From an archaeon (GTDB taxonomy: Archaea > Aenigmatarchaeota > Aenigmatarchaeia > GW2011-AR5): DNA of 29,427 nt. Shown here piece after piece: positions 24,148-29,427 of the stretch (position 1 is the first letter of the stretch; every line of letters starts with the position of its first letter). The translations under genes and the position numbers were made by a program. The notes below the pieces were generated by a model. It worked only from the letters and a program-made list of their open reading frames with translations. It was not told where the DNA came from and searched no databases. Location: positions 1 through 29,427 of the forward strand of contig DATDTP010000015.1 in assembly GCA_035290775.1 (NCBI GenBank). The letters run 5' to 3'.

Positions 24148-25293
24148 TTAGATTTTTTTATCCAGTGCAAAGAGCAATGGCGTTATGACTATTGTAAGTA
24201 TGATGAAAGCTATCATTATTGTGTATACTTGCTGCGTTATTATGGTCATGCCAAGCGCTATTTGAGCGATAAATATACCGTACTCGCCTCTTGGTATCAT
24301 GCCTATGGCTATCATCCGCTGGTTTTTCCTCGTGAATCCCATAAAGCCGGCGAGGATTCCGGGGCCTATTGCTTTTGTAGCTGCGCCAACCAATAGCACT
24401 ATTAAAATTACGCCTGCAGAAGTCCAGAGAACAGGCAAATCCAGGAATAATGCGCTGTATGCAAAAAATATCGGCACGACAAACCCGTAGCCAAGAGTCC
24501 TTATTTTTGGCATTATGATTTCATTTTTCATTGTCGTATTGCTCATTGCTATGCCTGCAAGAAAAGCCCCTGTTATCCCTGCTATGCCTGCCCTGTCGCT
24601 CAAGAACGTTACGATCATTATTGCTGCCAGGGTTATTGCAAGGAATGTCTGGTCGTCTTTTGCAAGGTGCAGCTTGCGTATCATTGAACTTAGTATCTTG
24701 TTTCCAAATGTTGTAAGCAGGTATATGAATCCGAGCACGGTGAAAAACAAGAGTGCAATTTGTGTAATACCGCCTATCGTATTGCTGAAGTAGCCTATTA
24801 ACAGGGACAATGCAAGGATTGCCGTAACGTCATCTGCAAGCGATGAAACTGCAAATGTCTGGCCGACTTTTGTCTTGTATTCGTTTCTTTCCATGAAAAT
24901 TCGTATTGGTATTACAGTGCTCGTGGATATCATTATTACGCCCATGACAATGCCTATGCTTGTGCTGTTGAACAACATCAGTCCAAGCCCAAAACCGCCC
25001 AAAAATGCAAGAATGCAGCCTGTAATTGAAATGGCAGAACCTGTGTAGACAGCGCTTTTTACTTCTTTGAAGTTTGTTTCAAGCCCAATGAGGAACACAA
25101 GCAGCATGACGCCGATAGTTGAAAATATTTCCAATGACACCGACGGCTCTACTATTTTTAGAACCGGGCCTGCCACAACTCCTGCAAGAATTTCGCCTAC
25201 AACAGGCGATACGCCCATCTTATTTACAATACGGCCAAGAAATTTTGCAAGGAAAAGTATTATACCAAGCTGAAGCAACAGAACAAACGGCAT
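24148..25293 (-). CDS. CPA2-family cation:proton antiporter (NapA/Kef-like, no KTN domain)
   Basis: VVGEILAGVVAGP, LVFLIGLETN, STSTVI, SLADDV, GAFLAG, GMIPRGE. Confidence 0.9.
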   Translation of the reverse strand: MPFVLLLQLGIILFLAKFLGRIVNKMGVSPVVGEILAGVVAGPVLKIVEPSVSLEIFSTIGVMLLVFLIGLETNFKEVKSAVYTGSAISITGCILAFLGGFGLGLMLFNSTSIGIVMGVIMISTSTVIPIRIFMERNEYKTKVGQTFAVSSLADDVTAILALSLLIGYFSNTIGGITQIALLFFTVLGFIYLLTTFGNKILSSMIRKLHLAKDDQTFLAITLAAIMIVTFLSDRAGIAGITGAFLAGIAMSNTTMKNEIIMPKIRTLGYGFVVPIFFAYSALFLDLPVLWTSAGVILIVLLVGAATKAIGPGILAGFMGFTRKNQRMIAIGMIPRGEYGIFIAQIALGMTIITQQVYTIMIAFIILTIVITPLLFALDKKI

Positions 25294-25323
25294 CTAAAGA
25301 CATTGGCATGAAAATAATAAATA

Positions 25324-25367
25324 GCTAGCCTTTCTTTTAGAAAGAAAGGTTACCGTATCCAAAGAAA
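25324..25367 (+). repeat. Dispersed hairpin element family beta, copy 3 (minimal form)
   Basis: GCTAGCCTTTCTTT TAG AAAGAAAGGTTACC GTATCCAAAGAAA. Confidence 0.7.
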
Positions 25368-25432
25368 TCATATTATAAAAGAAGATGCTTAACCTCTCTG
25401 CATATTTATACTAGTATATTGTAATTAAAATC

Positions 25433-25549
25433 ATGGCCAAGCCGAAACAAAAGATAAAGATGGTGTGCAAGGGAAACGTCTGCTACCCAGAGAGCCCTTT
25501 CTTCTCTAAAGAGAAAGAAAGCCCTCGGGGAAAGAAGAATAAAAAATAA
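25433..25549 (+). CDS. Putative 38-aa basic peptide MAKPKQKIKMVCKGNVCYPESPFFSKEKESPRGKKNKK
   Basis: TTTATA at 25405-25410, ~25 nt before ATG (leaderless geometry); 3' half overlaps a gamma repeat. Confidence 0.3.
   Translation: MAKPKQKIKMVCKGNVCYPESPFFSKEKESPRGKKNKK
25491..25536 (+). repeat. Dispersed hairpin element family gamma, copy 2
   Basis: AGAGCCC TTTCTTCTCT AA AGAGAAAGAAAG CCCTCGGGGAAAGAA. Confidence 0.7.
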
Positions 25550-25713
25550 TTGTGAAAAAAGCGCGTGCAAAAAGAAGAGGAAATGAAAACTAATTGTAAA
25601 GAGAAAAATCACTTGCGGAAATCTTTTCTGCGTTTTACAAGCTTAAACTGAAGTTAAATTTTCCAAGCATTGAAATGCTTAATATTAATATCAAATGAAT
25701 GCATATTCTTCTA

Positions 25714-27162
25714 ATGAAACATCTAATGTATATTAATGGCAAATGGGTAAAAGGCCAGAATTATTTTTCATCAATAAATCCTGCTACTGAGCGCATCATA
25801 GCTGAATTTCCTTCTGCTGCATCTGATGACATTAAAAAAGCGGTGAATTCTGCTGAGGCCGCTTACGATGCGTGGAAGGCTACGCCGGCTCCGAAAAGGG
25901 GGCTGATTTTACAGCGAGTAGCCCAATTGCTAAGGGAGAGAAAAGAGGAACTGGCAGTAATAGAGACGCAGGAAATGGGCAAGGCGCTAGCAGAAGCAAG
26001 AGGGGACGTTCAGGAAGCCATAGACGTCTTTGATTACATGGCTGGCGAAGGCCGCAGATTGTTTGGCCATACGACAACTTCTGAGCTTCAGGATAAATTT
26101 GCCATGACTATTCGCATCCCAACTGGCATTTGCAGTTTGATAACGCCCTGGAATTTTCCAATTGCAATTCCTGCATGGAAGATTTCTGCCGCTTTGATTT
26201 GCGGCAATACTGTTGTATTCAAGCCTTCATCTGACACCCCGTTAAGCGCAATGAAGCTTGTTGAGATAATTGAAAAAGCAGGCATCCCGCCAGGCGTTGT
26301 AAATTTTGTTACAGGCTCCGGGAAAGAGCTGGGCAAAGAGCTTGTTTCAAACAAAAAAATAAGGTGCATTTCATTTACAGGGTCAAAAGAAACCGGCGAA
26401 TGGATAACGCAGAATGCAGGGCTTAAAAAAGTCGGGTTAGAGCTTGGCGGAAAAAACGGCATAATAATTATGGATGATGCCAACCTTAGATTGGCGGCAG
26501 AAGGCGTGACATGGGGCGCATTTGGCACAACAGGCCAAAGATGTACTGCTGCTTCGCGTGTCATTGTTCATGCAAAAGTAAAGAACAAATTTGAAAAAAT
26601 GCTTTGTGCAAAAGCAAACGCCCTTCGTTTAGGCGACGGATTAAAAAAGACTACAGACATTGGGCCGCTTGTAAATAAATCTGCACTTGAAAAAACTGTC
26701 GAATATGTTTCAATCGGTAAAAACGAAGGCGCGAAGCTGATATGCGGCGGGAAAAGAACAGGACTGAAAGGATATTTTTTTGAGCCTACAATTTTTACAA
26801 ACGTGCAGCCTGATATGAGAATAGCCCAGGAAGAAATATTTGGACCAATCCTGTCCGTCATTGAAGTTAAATCGCTGGATGAGGCTATTGATGTCATGAA
26901 TAAAATCGAATACGGGCTTAGCTCTTCCATCTATACGCAAGATATAAACAAGGCGATGGCTGCTGTGGAACAAATAGAGGCCGGGATAACTTATGTCAAC
27001 TCTTCAACAATAGGCGCTGAAGTGCACCTGCCTTTTGGCGGCGTAAAACAAACAGGCCATGGAAGGGAAGGCGGCATACTAGGCATAGACGAATTCTCGG
27101 AAATGAAGACAGTGTACATAGATTATTCTGACAGGCTTCAGAAGGCCCAGATAGACAAATGA
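25714..27162 (+). CDS. NAD(P)-dependent aldehyde dehydrogenase
   Basis: ITPWNFP, FTGS, LELGGKN, GQRCTAASR, EEIFGP, PFGGVKQTG; start at 25714 or 25699. Confidence 0.95.
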   Translation: MKHLMYINGKWVKGQNYFSSINPATERIIAEFPSAASDDIKKAVNSAEAAYDAWKATPAPKRGLILQRVAQLLRERKEELAVIETQEMGKALAEARGDVQEAIDVFDYMAGEGRRLFGHTTTSELQDKFAMTIRIPTGICSLITPWNFPIAIPAWKISAALICGNTVVFKPSSDTPLSAMKLVEIIEKAGIPPGVVNFVTGSGKELGKELVSNKKIRCISFTGSKETGEWITQNAGLKKVGLELGGKNGIIIMDDANLRLAAEGVTWGAFGTTGQRCTAASRVIVHAKVKNKFEKMLCAKANALRLGDGLKKTTDIGPLVNKSALEKTVEYVSIGKNEGAKLICGGKRTGLKGYFFEPTIFTNVQPDMRIAQEEIFGPILSVIEVKSLDEAIDVMNKIEYGLSSSIYTQDINKAMAAVEQIEAGITYVNSSTIGAEVHLPFGGVKQTGHGREGGILGIDEFSEMKTVYIDYSDRLQKAQIDK

Positions 27163-27202
27163 AATATTTTGTATTTAAATTCTAAGACTTATACTCATTA
27201 GC

Positions 27203-27568
27203 ATGATGGAAGAAATTGACAAATGGCTAAAATTAGCTAAGGAAGACTATGAAGCAGCAGAATTTAACTTTAAGGGCAAAAAATATAAAGTTGCTGCCTT
27301 TTTATGCCAGCAGGCTGTAGAGAAAGCATTCAAGGCCGTTTTGCTTAAGAAAACAGGTAAAATAAGGAAAATACATGATTTGGTTGAACTGGGGAAAGAC
27401 ATTGAAGTTCCAGACACCATACTCAATGAAGTAAAAGAGCTGACGCTTGCTTACATATACTCAAGATACCCTGATGTAAAAGAAGAATCGGATTTGAAAG
27501 AAAAGGTTTCTTATTTCTTAAAAGTCTCAAAGGAGGCGTTAAAATGGTCAGAAGAAACACTATCGTAG
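27203..27568 (+). CDS. HEPN-domain protein (HEPN-MNT toxin)
   Basis: AKEDYEAA..AAFLCQQAVEKAFKA..IHDL..SRYPD. Confidence 0.9.
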   Translation: MMEEIDKWLKLAKEDYEAAEFNFKGKKYKVAAFLCQQAVEKAFKAVLLKKTGKIRKIHDLVELGKDIEVPDTILNEVKELTLAYIYSRYPDVKEESDLKEKVSYFLKVSKEALKWSEETLS

Positions 27569-27861
27569 GCAAACTCAAATTGTTCAAAAAGAAATTGAAC
27601 AAGGATATTCCAATTGAAACTATGGTCCTTTTTGGCAGCAGAGCCCGAGGCAAGACAGGAAAAGATACTGATGTAGACCTTATTATAGTAAGTTCAAAAT
27701 TCAGGACATTGGATTTTTTCAAAAGAGGCGCAAAAATGTATGACTACTGGGATTTAAGGTACCCTGTTGACTTTCTTTGCTACTCGCCAGAAGAATTCAA
27801 GAAATTGAAAAAAGGCGTTACAATTGTCAAACAGGCGTTGGAAGAAGGCATTGTGATATGA
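27544..27861 (+). CDS. Minimal nucleotidyltransferase (MNT antitoxin)
   Basis: LFGSRARG..DTDVDLIIVS..VDFLCYSPEEF; overlaps the HEPN gene. Confidence 0.9.
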   Translation: MVRRNTIVGKLKLFKKKLNKDIPIETMVLFGSRARGKTGKDTDVDLIIVSSKFRTLDFFKRGAKMYDYWDLRYPVDFLCYSPEEFKKLKKGVTIVKQALEEGIVI

Positions 27862-27900
27862 TAATCTTAGAGTGAAAGACATAAGTTTTTGAACAAATTA

Positions 27901-28080
27901 TTTTTGAATTCTCCCGAAAACCGCTCGGCTTTTCTGCAAAATACTTTATGAAAGTCTTTTGAGAAATTCAGGAAAGCTTTGCTTTCCTCGAATTAGCCAG
28001 CGGATGAGGGCAAGAATTCAAAAAGACATCCACAAGAAACCCACAACTTTAGTTGTGGGTAATCTGAGGGGATTTCATAT
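27901..28080 (+). repeat. Dispersed hairpin element family alpha, copy 3 (71-nt longer inner loop)
   Basis: TTTTTGAATTC-N102-GAATTCAAAAA; CCCACAAC TTTA GTTGTGGG at 28040-28059; inner AGGAAAGC TTT GCTTTCCT; further hairpins follow to ~28200. Confidence 0.85.
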
Positions 28081-28205
28081 GTCTTTCCAACGCCTTCAGA
28101 AAGCATAACTTTCTGAGACATTAGAAAACTTTGTTTTCTCAATGTACCAAGTGACGCATATGCGTACAAAAATTCATGCCGCTATGTATAATTTTGTATA
28201 GATGA

Positions 28206-28562
28206 CTATCCTGATAGATTTGGACATTCTGTGCACGGAGTCGTAAGGCAAAACTCTGGCGCCTTGCTCCATCTTATATTCCAATTTTTAATTTCTGTTA
28301 TTATACCATGAAGTTCTCTGCCTTTTTTTGTAAGACTGTAGCTTGTGCTTTCTTTGCTATTTTTTTTGACAGATTTTTTTTTAATAATCCCGGATTTTTC
28401 CAATTCCTGCAAATGCAACGATAGCGTTCGCGGCGTTATGCTCTTCATTTTACTCATAACTATGTTAAACCCGCCAAAGCTGCCCAAAGCTATTTCTTCT
28501 ATTATAGGAACAGACCATTTTTTACCGATTATATTGCAAGTTTTAATTACACTGCATGGCAT
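28206..28562 (-). CDS. HxlR-family winged-helix regulator with N-terminal Cys and C-terminal Cys cluster
   Basis: CSV..IIGKKWSVPII..ITPRTLSLHLQELEKSGII..YSLTKKGREL; tail CLTTPCTEC. Confidence 0.9.
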   Translation of the reverse strand: MPCSVIKTCNIIGKKWSVPIIEEIALGSFGGFNIVMSKMKSITPRTLSLHLQELEKSGIIKKKSVKKNSKESTSYSLTKKGRELHGIITEIKNWNIRWSKAPEFCLTTPCTECPNLSG

Positions 28563-28670
28563 TGTATCTCACTACCTTATTTCATATAAATCAACAATAA
28601 TATACAATGTTACTATAATATCTTTATTGATACTAGCTGCTATATAGACCCTTGTCTGCAAAAAATTTAT

Positions 28671-29084
28671 ATGCGAGACCTTTTGCTTTATTCACACGTA
28701 ATACTTGGCTTCCTTCTTGTAATACTTCCTGTGTTGTTGCTTGTTTACTGGAAAAAACCTACTGCATTTTCGCGGCTTATTGCTGTTATAACTGCTGTGA
28801 TAAGCTGGGCGGTCCTTATTCCAGCAGGCTCTCTTTATCTTATGTTTTATCCGGCAACAAAAACACTTATATTATCTGGCGCATGGCCATGGGCTCATAG
28901 CGTGTTCATGGAAACAAAAGAGCACTGGGGTATAATGCTGCCTTTGGCAACAACTGTTGCCGCATGGCTGTACATCAAAGGAGACCCAAAGGCCAGCAAG
29001 AAGTGGTGGGTATTGGTTATAGTTTTAGCTATCTTAGTAGCCGTTTTTGGAAGAACAGTAAAATTGGGGGCTGGAACAATATGA
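28671..29084 (+). CDS. Four-TM membrane protein with His residues
   Basis: Hydrophobic helices; YSHV and AHSVFMETKEHWG; divergent from the HxlR gene. Confidence 0.8.
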   Translation: MRDLLLYSHVILGFLLVILPVLLLVYWKKPTAFSRLIAVITAVISWAVLIPAGSLYLMFYPATKTLILSGAWPWAHSVFMETKEHWGIMLPLATTVAAWLYIKGDPKASKKWWVLVIVLAILVAVFGRTVKLGAGTI

Positions 29085-29365
29085 AGTCAATCAAAAAAAA
29101 ATATAATTTTTATGCAGGCGCTGCCGTTAGTTCGTGGGCGCTTCTTATTATGATAGTTGTCGGGGAGATATATGCGCCTTTCAAGGACTTTCTTAAGGGC
29201 ACATTTACCCATCATTGGATTGGAAAAGTTGTAATAGTCGCGATATTGTTTTTCCTAGTCAGCGCTTTAGAAAAGAAAAGAATGGAAGAAAAGCATGCAT
29301 GGTATAGCGTAATAGCAGTTATAGCGCTGATATTTTTGTTTTACATAATAGAATTTTTTGAGTGA
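29081..29365 (+). CDS. Three-TM membrane protein (94 aa)
   Basis: ATGA overlap with the previous stop; FTHHWIGK motif; the ORF-track start 28964 is too far upstream. Confidence 0.75.
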   Translation: MKSIKKKYNFYAGAAVSSWALLIMIVVGEIYAPFKDFLKGTFTHHWIGKVVIVAILFFLVSALEKKRMEEKHAWYSVIAVIALIFLFYIIEFFE

Positions 29366-29427
29366 TATTTCTGAAAAAGAAAAAAAATAATTTGAACATT
29401 GGAAAAATAGGCGCAATTGCAATAGTA

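Noticed and set aside
19627-28080. CRISPR array
   Set aside because: Repeats are dispersed over kilobases, not regularly spaced with unique spacers; no cas genes.

Overview
Gene-dense, AT-rich prokaryotic window, most likely from a small-genome (DPANN-like) archaeon. That assignment is inferred from GGTGA/GAGGTGA ribosome-binding sites, TATA-like boxes 25-35 nt before apparently leaderless ATGs, oligo-T ends and archaeal-type HEPN-MNT and DUF4258-DUF2283 pairs; no marker gene is present. The left half (1-15 kb) is a cell-envelope island. It holds a ~2100-aa Ig/invasin-repeat surface protein with a structured leader and phased GGAACA operator arrays, a divergent wHTH regulator, and an AT-rich three-gene module (two paralogous mini-proteins plus a His-Cys caspase/gingipain-fold protease). 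It also holds a putative donor-strand pilus operon and two DsbA paralogs flanking a DUF2341 coiled-coil glycoprotein. The right half holds BlaI plus a Cys-loop Zn-protease with twin operators, two bacterial-type ECF sigma-like genes, an RnfD-like protein, a TrxB-like flavoprotein lacking CxxC, a pentein enzyme, a Cys-less DUF1858-IscA fusion, a CPA2 antiporter, an aldehyde dehydrogenase, HxlR and three toxin-antitoxin pairs. Intergenic spaces carry at least three families of dispersed modular hairpin repeats, one with a covarying stem resembling IS200/IS605 ends. No rRNA, tRNA, CRISPR array or intact transposase was seen. All family assignments come from motif recognition, not database searches.
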